DNA from: Flaccisagitta enflata
Taxonomy: Eukaryota
Direction of reading: 5' to 3'
DNA: 64,000 nt
NCBI GenBank assembly: GCA_965153355.1
Contig: OZ231126.1
Span: forward strand, 41,292,001 to 41,356,000
The translations under genes and the position numbers were made by a program. Below, one piece after another: positions 44,205-64,000 of the stretch; position 1 is the stretch's first letter; each line of letters begins with the position of its first letter. Under the pieces are notes generated by a model. That model was not told the DNA's origin. It saw nothing but the letters and a program-made list of their open reading frames with translations, and did no database searches.

Positions 44205-44929
44205 TATATATAGGAAATCTACTTCAGTAAGGCCATTGATTTCCAGGATTTTGCCTTGAAAACTGGAACTGAAATTTGAAGATTAGGATTAAGGCTTGGA
44301 GCATTGGATATGGGCTAGATGGCTAGGACGAGGCGGTTTGGATTTTGGCTTGGAAGCTAGAAATTATGCTGGAGGCTGGTTTCTTCCTGCTTCATTCAAG
44401 TGATGTATCAATACAATATTTCCAGTCTTGTATCCAACATTCATTCACTATTTTTCCTGTTTTGTTGTTTGTATGTGCAACGTGATTTTTCACATGAATT
44501 TGATTTACCTAATACAATAACAATTATCATCCATCACTGAAAACATCTACTTATTTCAACCCGCGTCTATCCCGTCGTGCTGCCGCTTATCTAGGTTGAG
44601 CTATCGGAGAGGAATATATCTTTCAGAGCCGTCGCGTCGCCGGCATGAAGTCTTTATTACGCAACCAACCAACCACCGATATAGTATATGTACATAACTT
44701 AAGACAAGGGGAATAATGATAATGACCATGATGACGACGACGATAAAGATGACGTCGACGACGTCGACTACGATTGAAACGGTGGTATCGATGATGACTA
44801 TAACGGCGTTGTGACGATTACGCCACCGAGGAACGGGCACGATTACGTTGACGGTGGCGGCGAGGAAATCCATTTCAAAGTTTATGGTAATCGATCGGTG
44901 GTTGTTACTGTTGTTGTTGTTGTTGTTGC

Positions 44930-45119
<190 letters not shown>

Positions 45120-46075
45120 TTTTCTGGTGTTGTTGTTGTTAGAGAGATGGAGCAAAAAGATGAAGCTCAGATCTACGATCGAGTTGATGATCATTGATGG
45201 GAAAACAAGGAGCCAAAACTGATGATCAAACGCAGAGATATCATAAAACGACCCAGTGCATAATGGAGGGAAGACAGGATGAGGAGGAGCAGGAGGAGGA
45301 TAAAGAAGAGGATGAGGATAATTATGGGTAGGCAAAAAACAAAAAGGCACAGGATTCATCCATTGAATCAAATTCCAAAACCTGTCCGGGGTTCTTTCAT
45401 TTCTTCTACATACAAGAATATGTATATGAATACTACAAACTATAAAGGACATGAGTATTGAGTAACTCCGTATTTCCTGGACGACATCCACTGTATGAAA
45501 TGGTACAGTAACAAAAAAACAAAAGAAGAAATACACGCTAGACAGACTAGGCAGACATACCAAATGTCACATATCAGATAAATGAGATAATGTGTAATAA
45601 CAGATAAAATGTCAGACAGTGAGGAATTATATCAAATGACACGTGCTACGCCTTGAAACGATCACTCTCAGCTCAGTGGGAAAGTGATTTGTCCTCGAGT
45701 TGATAGTGGTGTCGATGACGGTGGTGGTGGTGGTGGTGGTGGTGGTGGTGGTGGTGGTGGTGGTGGTGGTGGTGGTGGTGGTGGTGGTGGTGGTGGTGGT
45801 GGTGGTGGTGGTGGTGGTGGTGGTGGTGGTGGTGGTGGTGGTGGTGGTGGTGGTCGTGGTGGAGGCTTGGCGGCAGTGAGGACAATAGTGCTTGTAGTGG
45901 TGGCGGGGGACTATCAATGGTGCATGGTGGTGGCTGTAGTGGTGGCTGTAGTGGTGGCGTTAGCTGCTTTAAATGACCATCTTATCAACATTATTCTGCG
46001 TTTCATTGATGAGCAAATGAGTGGATAACGATAGAGGTGGTGATGAAGGTGGACTTTGTGGTGTCGGACCGTCGG

Positions 46076-47608
46076 TACACAGTGCCTTAGAACCCACCAC
46101 CACAAAAAATAAGTACCCGTCACCCCCCTATCACCCCCTAATCACCACCAATTCACCTACACAGTGCTCCATGAGACCCACCACACCACAAAATGATCAC
46201 CCGTCACCCCTATCACCCCTAATCACCGCAGTTCACCTACAGTGTAGGACCCACCACCACCAAAAATAAGTACCCGTCACCCCTATGCCTAATCACCGCA
46301 GTTCACCCCTGCACGGTGTAGCCAGGTCCACCACCTCAAAATAAATTACCCGTCCTTGCCCCCTATCACCCCCTAATCACCACCAATTCACCTACATTCC
46401 TTAAGACCCACCACCACAAAATAAGTACCCACGTCACCCCCTATCACCCCTAATCACCACCAATTCACCTACACGATCGGCCTTAGAACCCTGCCACAAA
46501 ATAAGTGCCGTCACCCCTATCACCCTAATCACCGCAGTTCACACTACACGATTGTGAGGCCACCACCACAAAAAAATAAGTACCCGTCACCCCCTATCAC
46601 CCCTAATCACCACCAATTCACCTACACAGTAAGAACCCACCACCACAAAATAAGTGCCGTCACCCCTATCACCCTAATCACCACCCAATTCACCTACACA
46701 CAGTGCCTTAAGACCCACCACCATCAAAAATAAGTACCCGTCACCCCCTATCACCCCCTAATCACCAGTTCACCCTGCACAGTTAGCATGAGACCCACCA
46801 CCACAAAAAATAAATTACCCGTCACCCCCCTATCACCCCCTAATCACCACCAGTTCACCTCTAGCGCCGCCCTCCAACCTCATTACTCTTTGTTAAAGAT
46901 AAAGAGAATTGCGCAACATTCGCTATCACCCCCTAATCACCACCAGATTCACCTCTACACAGTGCCTTGAGACCCACCACACGAAAAATAAGTACCCGTC
47001 ACCCCCTATCACCCCTAATCACCCCATAGTTCACCTACACAGTAACATGAACCCACCACCTACCACAAAAAATAAGTACCCAGTGACCCCCTATCACCCC
47101 TAATCACCACCAATTCACCTACACAGTGCAGCAAGACCCACCACCACAAAAATAGAGGAGTACCCGTCACCCCCTATCACCCCCTAATCACCACCAATTC
47201 ACCTGCACAGTGCTTCGGAACCTACCACAAAATAAGTACCGTCCTTTCTATACCCCTAATCACCGCAATTCACCTACACAGTGCCTTAGAACCCACCACC
47301 ACAAAAATAGGTACCCGTCACCCCCTATCACCCCTAATCACCACCAATTCACTTTACACAGTGCTTGTAGGACCACCACCACAAAATAAATTTAGTCACC
47401 CCTATCACCCTAATCACCACCAATTCACCTACAGTGCCTTCAGAGATCCCACCACCATGAAAAATAAGTACCCGTCACCCCCTATCACCCCCTAATCACC
47501 ACCAATTCACCTACACAGTGCCTCAGAACCCACCACCACAAAAAATAAGTACCCGTCACCCCCCTATCACCCCCTAATCACCACCAATTCACCTACACAG
47601 TGCCTCAG
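46076..47608. repeat. ~82-bp C-rich tandem repeat, ~19 copies
   Basis: Unit CACAGTGCCTCAGAACCCACCACCACAAAAAATAAGTACCCGTCACCCCCTATCACCCCCTAATCACCACCAATTCACCTA (e.g. 47514-47595). Confidence 0.95.
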
Positions 47609-48660
47609 ATCCTGTACAAGGCCACCATCCCTCCCACCTCCAAATTTCATTTTTTGACTTATTATTTCCTACAAACTATGCGTATAGTTATCACTTATCT
47701 TATTTGTTCTATAAAAGAGCTAGATCTGGTTTTGCGGGTCTGCTTTACCCTCTTTAAAGTAAACTATAATGTCCAACTAATTCCAGTTTCATATAGTTTA
47801 TACTGATATTCTAGGGAACATCTTCAAAATATCTTGGAAAGCTGTACTGCAATATGCAAATGTAACTGATGTGAATTTTATAGCCCCAGGCCTCAACTAC
47901 TGAAGAATTGGCAATGCTATGCATGGTCTGTCATATTTTTATGATACCCTAAAACAAGTGACGCGGGTCACAATATCATTGTGGATGGGTGGGCAGGGAC
48001 ATCCAACCCCCAGCCTACCAAACACCCCACCCAACTCCCTATTCCCATACACACACATACACAAAAACAGGCCTTGATTTATAGCGTGCCCGCATGCCCG
48101 ATGCACTGTTTCGCTGTCAGGCACGCTGTTTTTTGTGAGGGCGTGCCCGGCAGGCACTCTCTCATGCTTGCTGAATTTTGAGATCAGGAAATTGTTTTCT
48201 ACCATTGTAAATTTTCATTTGATTGCTCGCAAGATTATTAATTATCAATTAGTTAATTTGTTAATTCATTCATTCATTCCTTCATTGATTCATTCCTTGA
48301 TTTAATCATTCAATCCTACATTCACTCAATCATTCAATTATTCATTCATTCTTTACTCATTTTGTGATATGTAACTTGATTTGCATCTCTGAATTCAAAA
48401 AAAATTCTTAAAAAAGTTGCCCCTGAATTTAAACAATGATAGATTCTAGCTTCTTCCTTGCCTTCATTCCTTCACTCATTCCTTCATTCATTTATTCATT
48501 GATTCATCTATTCAATGTTTATTTCAGTTTTAGGCTAAGGCTATGTATTGTAATCTATTGATCAAGCATAAATTACATTTTTTTGATTTTTTTAACTATT
48601 TCTGTGTAAAATTATTTTTTGTTTGAAAAACAACTCAATCTGTGGGATCACTTTTCTGAT

Positions 48661-48846
48661 AAACAAGGCCATATACACGAGCCGAAGTCACGTGCGGTTG
48701 GGCAGGGGCGTGATAATACCGTAAAATACTATGAAAAAAGCTAACGAAAGCAAAGTGTGACCGATGGATCAACGGACCAACCGACCAACTGACCGTCCGA
48801 CAGACGGACAAAGTGGGTTGTAGAGTCGCATGCACGCGACTAAAAA
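48661..48846 (-). mobile_element. Family A HINE-like element
   Basis: AAACAAGGCCATATACACG...(CCGA/GGAC)n...GTAGAGTCGCATGCACGCGACTAAAAA. Confidence 0.75.
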
Positions 48847-49230
48847 TTACATGATTATACATAGTAAAAAAAAAAAAAAAATCCGGGCACGCTCTTCCTC
48901 TGTCGGGCGCGCTCAGATTATGGGGAGCGAGCTCGGCGTGCACGCTCATCAAAAACGGTTAGGCAAGGCCTGCACAAAAAACTTCTAAAAGGCTAATTTT
49001 CCCACTATTTGACTCATGCTCATGGACGGACCGACAGACAGACGGACAGAGCCTCTAATAGTTTTGTGTCCGCAACTAAAAAGACACAGATGTTTCTTCC
49101 TTTTTTCTGTTTTAAATTTCGTGAAATTATAACAGAACAAAAGACATTCTGGACTTGCAGCGGTCATAACGATAATCTTCCAAATAACAAAATGACACAC
49201 AAAAAGATGTTACCGATTATTGTAGTTCAC

Positions 49231-49287
<57 letters not shown>

Positions 49288-49373
49288 CTCTCATCATCGT
49301 ATTTGTTGTGCTTCATTTACGTATGTCTAAACCTATATACTCCTTACATTAATTACAAGATGGCCCTCTTTGC

Positions 49374-49607
49374 TTTAGTCGCATTCTTGGACTCTACACT
49401 TTGTCGGTCCGTCCGTCCGTCCATCCGTCCGTCTGTCCATCCGTCCGTCCGTCGGTCTGTCACACTTTACTGTTTTTTTTTTTTTGCGGATTTTGCCGTC
49501 ACTGCCAATTTTGGTCTCACTGCTCCTGCCCAAACGATGGAGTGACCTCAATTATTGCCCCTGCCCACCCGCACGCGACTGGGGTAGCCATGTATCCGGC
49601 CTTGTTT
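49374..49607 (+). mobile_element. Family A HINE-like element
   Basis: TTTAGTCGC...(GTCC)n...CACGCGACTGGGGTAGCCATGTATCCGGCCTTGTTT. Confidence 0.75.
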
Positions 49608-50623
49608 AGTTGAGAATCAAATCAAAGACAGTGAGTTAATGAAAACAATGCCTCTACTTTAAATATCATTAGTTCTGCTTCACGCTAATTTGTATGATAT
49701 CGTAAATCAACTTTTGCCCATATCTCCTTTCAAACTCAAAAGCGCAATTACGCGCAACACAGTAAAATCCGGAGAGTGAATTGGAACTAGAGAAAAACAA
49801 GGAAAATACATATTTTCCAAAATCCTAGGAAATCCTGTAACTTTTATGAGCGAATTTGGATTCCCATTACTTTGTATGTAAAATGAGAGAGAAACGATAT
49901 GAGAAAAACGTCTGTAAAAACGCTTCAAATTAAGATTTTTTAAAAATTCTTTTTGGACTTCGCCCCTAGAGGAGTGAATTGATGACGTGAACTATAAAAA
50001 TTTGACCATTGAAATGACCGCCATGGCTACTTATTTTTCATGGAAAATTACTGTGCGGTAGTGGCTGTAGCAGGAATTCGCGTTTCTCGGATGAGCAATT
50101 GAGTGGATAATGGCGGTGGTGGTGGTGGTGGCGGTGGTAGGGGTGGTGGTGGTGGTGGTGGTGGTGGTGGTGGTGGTGGTGGTGGTGGTGGTGGTGGTGG
50201 TGGTGGTGGTGGTGGTGGTGGTGGTGGTGGTGGTGGTGGTGGGGTGGTGGTGGTGGTGGTGGTGGTGGTAAAGATGATGGTCTGGTGGTGAAGGTGGTGG
50301 AGGTGGTGGTGATGGAGTTGGTGATGACTGTGGCAGTGGTGGGAGCAGCTTCCAATGACCATTTTCTCCACATTAATCTGCGTTTCATGGATGAGCAAAT
50401 GAGTGGATGATTTTTTTGGGCTGATCATCAATCTTGACCTCGACGGCGCCAGATTACGATTTCTCTTCTCCGGTCCTTCTCAAGGTTTCGGGCTTCACTC
50501 TCTAAACTCTCTCTACGTCTGTCTGTCTGTCTGTTTTTTTTTTCTTGCCTAATTTAGTTACGATCCCACTTTTCACGTCCGTTGATTCGAGATTTGAGAT
50601 CTAAGTCCGTCCGCCTGCCGTTC

Positions 50624-50678
<55 letters not shown>

Positions 50679-51237
50679 CAAGCCTAAGCTTTCAAACTCT
50701 TACACAGACATACACATTTTTCCAAGCTTCCGAGGAGCACTAATTTCCTCTATAAAATTTCCGACACAACATATTTCTCCCCCCCCTACCTAACCATGCT
50801 GTGTTCAACAGCTTTTTGAATTGTAGATAAAGGAAAAAGCTTTTGTGAAATGCTAGAAAGACACTGCTCATTCCCTAAACAAGATACCGGCCATATCACA
50901 AACTTTTATGAGATTTAAAAAGTAAAATGAAAACATAATCTACCAATGTCAACTGAGCCCAAGGGCCAAGGCAATACATTGCCTCAACCTCATGAGGCAC
51001 TAATTAAAGAGGATGAGCGGATTTAGGAAAATATGAAGAAAAGAAATGACAAACTAAACTTCCCTTTTATCTTAATCTCTTTATCTTTCTTCCTTGCTTC
51101 CTTTCATTCTTTCATACTTTCTTTGTTTTTTCCTTCTTTCACTCTTTCTTTTTTACTTTCTTTCTTTCTTTCTTTTTCTATTGTTCTTTCTTCCTCCCTC
51201 TATTTCTTTTTTTTTCTTTCTTTCTTTTTATTTTTTT

Positions 51238-51324
<87 letters not shown>

Positions 51325-51588
51325 ATCTTTCTTTCTTTCCTTCATTCTTTTTTTCTTTCTTTCTTCTTTTGTTATCATTTTCCCTTGTTTCCCATCCAAA
51401 ATTTTTCCGACGTGCCTCTTGCCTTTCCGAGGAGCGGCGCTCCCCGCTCCTCCATAATGTGTATGTCTGCTCTTACACATCATTTGCGAATTGCGACTAG
51501 CTCTTAGTTGCGACTCTATAACCTGCTTTGTCTGTCGGTCCGTCCGTCGGTAACACTGCTTTTTCGGAATTTGCGGGCGTTTTCTGAG

Positions 51589-52204
51589 CACTGTGCTTTT
51601 AAAAAAATTCTCAGTGGAAAGTCATATAACTGTGGGTTTTTCTGCATTTTTGAGCAGTATCGGGATGTAAGAGCATGTAACTAATAAAAACAAAATCATT
51701 CCCCGAGCGCTTTTTGAGTAATCTTCAAAATAGAAAAAAATTTAACCTATCTTTTATGCAGATTCTAATGAATTGTATTAACTCATTTTTCAATTCCATA
51801 TTGTTATTCTATACAAAATTTCCTTTCATTTGATAGGTCACACTATATGGTTTTATTTAGAAATTAGGTTTTCATATTTTGAGCCACCGTTACTTTTTTG
51901 TAACGGTGACTCAAAAAATAAAAATTTTAATTCTTTGTAAAAGTATAGAGTGCGACCTATCAAATGAAAGGGAATTTTGCATAGATTAACAATATGGAAT
52001 CAGAAATTTAGTCAACTGATCCCAGATGAATCTGCCTTAAAATTAGGTCTCTTTTTTTCTGATTTTGAAGATTACTCAAAAAGCGCTCAGGGATTGATTT
52101 TGTCTTTGCTAGTTACATGCTCTTACACCCCAATACTGCTCAAAAATGCAGAAAAACCCACAGTTATATGATTTTTCACTCAGAATTGTTTTAAAAGCAC
52201 AGTG
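51589..52204. mobile_element. 616-bp whole-length palindromic element, CACTGTG...CACAGTG ends, 4-bp TGAG TSD (Chapaev/CMC-like), inserted in a family A copy
   Basis: TGAG at 51585-51588 and 52205-52208; arms pair all the way to the centre GAGCCACCGTTAC-TTTTTT-GTAACGGTGACTC (51881-51912). Confidence 0.85.
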
Positions 52205-52444
52205 TGAGTCTCTGCCCCTCTCCAAATATTCTCATACCTAGCATTCTATATCACTGCCCCTGCCCACCCAACATGACTTTTTAGTACCCTTATTGATTTC
52301 CCCATTTGGATTAGGAAAACCGTAGCCTAAGTCACAATATCGATAACGGATTGTTTGAACATGCGTATCAAGGCTCCCTCCATTTCCTTCTCCTCCTCTT
52401 CTTTAATTCTGTCAGTCAAGGACAATGTCGAGGATTATCATTAG

Positions 52445-52749
52445 CAGGGGTGTATAAAGTTGAGCATCCCCCCCCCCCGTGGGGGGGGGGGAATGAAATC
52501 GAAGGGTTTGGAGATGGGGAAGAAAATCAAAAGTTTGAAAAAAAGAAATTTTTTGAAGATCTAACACCTTTCGTAGTACCAAAAGGTAAAGTAAATTTAA
52601 CACTATTTAAACCTTAATAATACTGTTTTATAGCTTTGATGGGAAGAAAATCAAAGATTTTGTAACACGATGCAACGCAACGCGGGGAAGAAAATCAAAG
52701 GCAGGGGGGGAATAAAATCAAAAGCCGCTCAACTATATAACACCCCTGA
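52445..52749. mobile_element. MITE with CAGGGGTGTATA termini (hAT-like ends, TSD not evident)
   Basis: CAGGGGTGTATAAAGTTGAGC ... GCTCAACTATATAACACCCCTG; a right-end fragment of the same family lies at ~20090-20155. Confidence 0.7.
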
Positions 52750-53183
52750 CAAAATTAGGCGAACTGGGAACATATGTCATAAGGAGTGAAATATTGGCCC
52801 CAGCTCTACAAGATTTGACATAGAAATAGCAAAAATATAATACTTTGACATAGTAAAGCAACCGAGAGGAATTGTGTATTGGTAGAAGGGTGAGAAGGTA
52901 ATAAGTCAGAAATGGCAAATCAGATTTTTACTGATTTTCCCCACAATACTTCTACATAAAGATGGTACGTATTTACAGCTGTTTTTCATGGTCTCTACCC
53001 AAGCCATTTGACTTTGATCGCTGGAGACTTACTACTTTAATGATCTTAAGGAAATGGGGGCCAGAAAAATGGACAGGGGCAGCCCCCCAAACTGATAAAA
53101 TTGTGCTTTAAGTAAATTACTAATAGTGGACAAAGTGCGACCGCCTCTTGTCAGAAAATGTTGTTATAACGACTTCAATAGGC

Positions 53184-53737
53184 TTTTGGGCAGCGGCCCC
53201 GGAGGGGCCGATGACCTATGATTCCACATAGGGCAATTTTCTCCGGTTTCCGTCCGTCCGTCCGTCCGTCCCCCCCCTCCCACAAGCCTCAAATAAAGCC
53301 TCTCAGACCCCAAATCTGGCCTTTCAGACCCCAAATCAGACCTTACTCACCCCAAATCAGGCTTCTCAGACCTCCAATCAGGCCTTCCAGACCCCAAATC
53401 AGGCCTCTCAGACCCCAAATCAGGCCCCCCAGACCCCAGATCAGGCTTTTCAGACCCCAAATTAGACCCCTCAGACCCAAATCAGGCCTTTCAGACCCGA
53501 AATCAAGCCTCTCAGACCCCAAACCAAGCCTCTCACACCCTAAATCAGACCTTTCAGAGCCAAAATCAGGCCTCTCGGCCCTCCAAACCAGCTTCTCAAA
53601 CCGGAGAAAATTGTCCTATGTGGAATCATAGGTCATCGGCCCCTCCGGGGCCGCTGCCCCTCTCATAATCTCATTCCCACATACACTAACTTAGGGGCAT
53701 CGGGTACCGCTGACCATGTAACGCTTTTGCGACTATT
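53184..53737 (+). mobile_element. Family B element (Helentron/HINE-like): 45-bp subterminal inverted repeat, (GTCC)n, 21-bp central tandem repeats
   Basis: GGGCAGCGGCCCCGGAGGGGCCGATGACCTATGATTCCACATAGG (53188-53232) inverted at 53615-53659; central CCTCTCAGACCCCAAATCAGG repeats; ~75-bp tail beyond the right IR; begins in a T-run. Confidence 0.8.
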
Positions 53738-54319
53738 AAACCTAGTTTTTAAATAACTTTTGACGTAACTTGAATCGAATTTACACCAGATTGTGTGGAA
53801 ATATCCCAAAGTGACATTCAAATCGCTTTCTCACAGTCAAATAAATGAAATTCCACCTCAGTTCGCCTAATTTTGTCAGGGGTGTTATACCCCTGATCAT
53901 TAGCCGTCACGGTTTTGCCTTGCAATTTCGTTTGACAACAGAAGGCCAGAATTATCTTGGTCCAGCATCTTTTTTTTTCTTTTAACGACTGACAAAGCAT
54001 GTATCTATCTGGATGCAAATGTACTTTAATTGCCAAGGTAGTGGTCGATTTCGCTTCCTATCGACTTTGTAGTTGTCTACTACGTATCCGTGAGACTCTA
54101 CTCTGGCGCCAAGAAAATCAATGCTTCGAACCGGTTTAGGATCGATGGGTTTTTTCCACCCGAGTGCCATTTAGTGTCAACTGGACACTGCGTGCGTAGC
54201 CAATTGTCTATTAGTTTCAGGGAGTTGAGTTTAGTCTCTCAGTTTGAGGGAAACAAGGCCGGATACACGGACGGACCAAGCCTCTTATAGAGTTGCGTGT
54301 CCGCAACTAAAAAGGACAA

Positions 54320-54567
<248 letters not shown>

Positions 54568-54644
54568 TTTGAGGGAAACAAGGCCGGATACACGGACGGA
54601 CCAAGCCTCGTATAGAGTTGCGTGTCCGCAACTAAAAAGAACAA

Positions 54645-54742
<98 letters not shown>

Positions 54743-55563
54743 AAACTAATGTTTGGTTCCGAAAACATGAATCAGGAAATACAGGGACAAAGTCTCAATG
54801 TTCTCTTTTCATCATCCTTTCATTCTTTGCGATTGCTGAAAATCAAATCAAATTGGTTTCCTGATTTTGCTCGTAATATGATTAGCTCGACCTTGAAGAG
54901 ATATGGGACTATTTCAAAATGAATCACAGACGATGATTCATACAGCATGCATCATTACAATCAAAGCGCTGAGAGTCTGAAATCCAGGGGAAAAATCCAG
55001 GCAAACTCGTTTTGTATTTCTAGAGGGAGATGAGGATGGAGCAAAGAAGAATGAGCCTAAAGAGGTCAGTAACCCTGTCGAGATTTATAACTTAAATTGT
55101 GGATCATTGCATTTGGTGACCGTCTCGATCCTAATCAGAGGCGCCAGCTGATTATGCATTAACAGGTGTGGATGAGGTAGAGTAAAAGGAAGGTTCAAGA
55201 GGTCAATGACCACAGAAGAGGAGTGACGGTAAAGATGCTCAGAGTAAATGGACATGTGATTGCATTTAGAGAATCCCGTTTTCAAGTGGGTGAGGATGAG
55301 AATTGAGATGAGTAAGAGGAGGAGGGGATGATGAGGAGGAGGAGGAGGTAAAGGTAGAAATTACCGTTTTCAAGTGGATGTGTCCTCACTTTGGGTTGAT
55401 GATTTGACGTTTCGAGTGCAAGTATGACCATTATCTGGTCACGCTCCTCCTTCTTCTCATCCTCCTCCTTCTCATCCTCCTCCTTCTCATCCTCTGAGGC
55501 AAAACACGGAAACAAGTTTTCCTGGTTTTTTGCCTGGGTGGTCACTGCTGTAACGCGAGAGCG

Positions 55564-55596
55564 TATAAAAGATGCGCCGGAGCATCAGAGTCACTC
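55564..55596 (+). promoter_or_regulatory. TATA box and initiator-like motif for upstream LPMO gene
   Basis: TATAAAA at 55564-55570, TCACT (Inr-like) at 55591, ATG at 55749. Confidence 0.6.
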
Positions 55597-55748
55597 GCAA
55601 TCCCTGATTACTTTGCGCAAAACAAAGCTCATCCGCTTTTAGTGCGACTTCATAGATTTTTCGTTCGCTCGTCAGAAATCGTCAATCGTACCTTTAAAAA
55701 GATCTTCTGTCAATAACGTTTCCTTCCTTTACTATTCGCGGCTCAACG

Positions 55749-59843
<4,095 letters not shown>

Positions 59844-60444
59844 AAAGGAAAGAAAAAACAAAAGCAGAAAAACAAATTGAAATCAAATCCAGCAAAAGCA
59901 AAAGACACTAAGTACATGACGTTCAGCCTGTCAATACAACCTTTGCAGGCCTCTTCTGTGATGAAACATACACAAAGAGAGACAATATGTACCACTAAAT
60001 CTATCCATAGACCCCTCATTATTTGCCCCTCCCTTTTATTGTTCCGTTGACCAAATCACAGCTCCACTACACGTACTTGTTATTGTTACATTTTGTTACT
60101 AAACGTACTTGTTTTTGCTACATTTCACAACAACAAAATAGTATGAATGCTGAATACCAAATTGGCCCGTAATTCATTGCGAAAGTTCTCATTTTAAAAT
60201 GCTTCGATGATACGACACCAAAAATCTTACCAAAAAGCTTACCGTACATGACATTTCTACGTTTATTTTTTCACCTCTCTTCATAGTGGTAACTTTGTAT
60301 CGATAACTTGATTTCGCAAACAATTTCATTTCAGATTTTAACCAAGATTTTGACGTTGAAACCGTATAAGTGTGACAAAACATAATATAACTCTAATCTA
60401 ATTGAACACTGACTCCTATCCGGCTAGTACTTTCATAGTAGAGG

Positions 60445-64000
<3,556 letters not shown>

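Overview
Eukaryotic (invertebrate animal) genomic DNA that is gene-poor and dense in microsatellites and transposons; nearly all entries in the ORF track are microsatellite artefacts. The real coding content I can reconstruct by hand is all on the + strand. (1) Two exons of a high-affinity choline transporter-like gene (SLC5A7/CHT1 family; 18910-19224, 20428-20557). It has a Ser-rich loop insertion, and each exon's 3' end is re-duplicated into the following intron between microsatellites. (2) A tandem pair of spliced, secreted copper lytic polysaccharide monooxygenase genes of the AA15 type (55749-59843 and 60445->64000). The downstream copy is conventional: LPMO + Thr-rich linker + CBM14, running off the window. 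The upstream copy is the most interesting object here. It has loop deletions in the catalytic domain, Val in place of the Ala two residues before the second His, and, instead of a CBM14, a Gly/Ser linker + GWGGWGSWWW + KR, followed via two further phase-compatible exons by an acidic segment and a 2-Cys tail. The rest comprises two Helentron/DINE-like interspersed families (including a nested tandem trimer), several palindromic MITE/foldback elements with readable TSDs, a ~159-bp and an ~82-bp satellite, and a 1.4-kb (GAAA)n tract. Family assignments rest on recalled motifs, not database searches.
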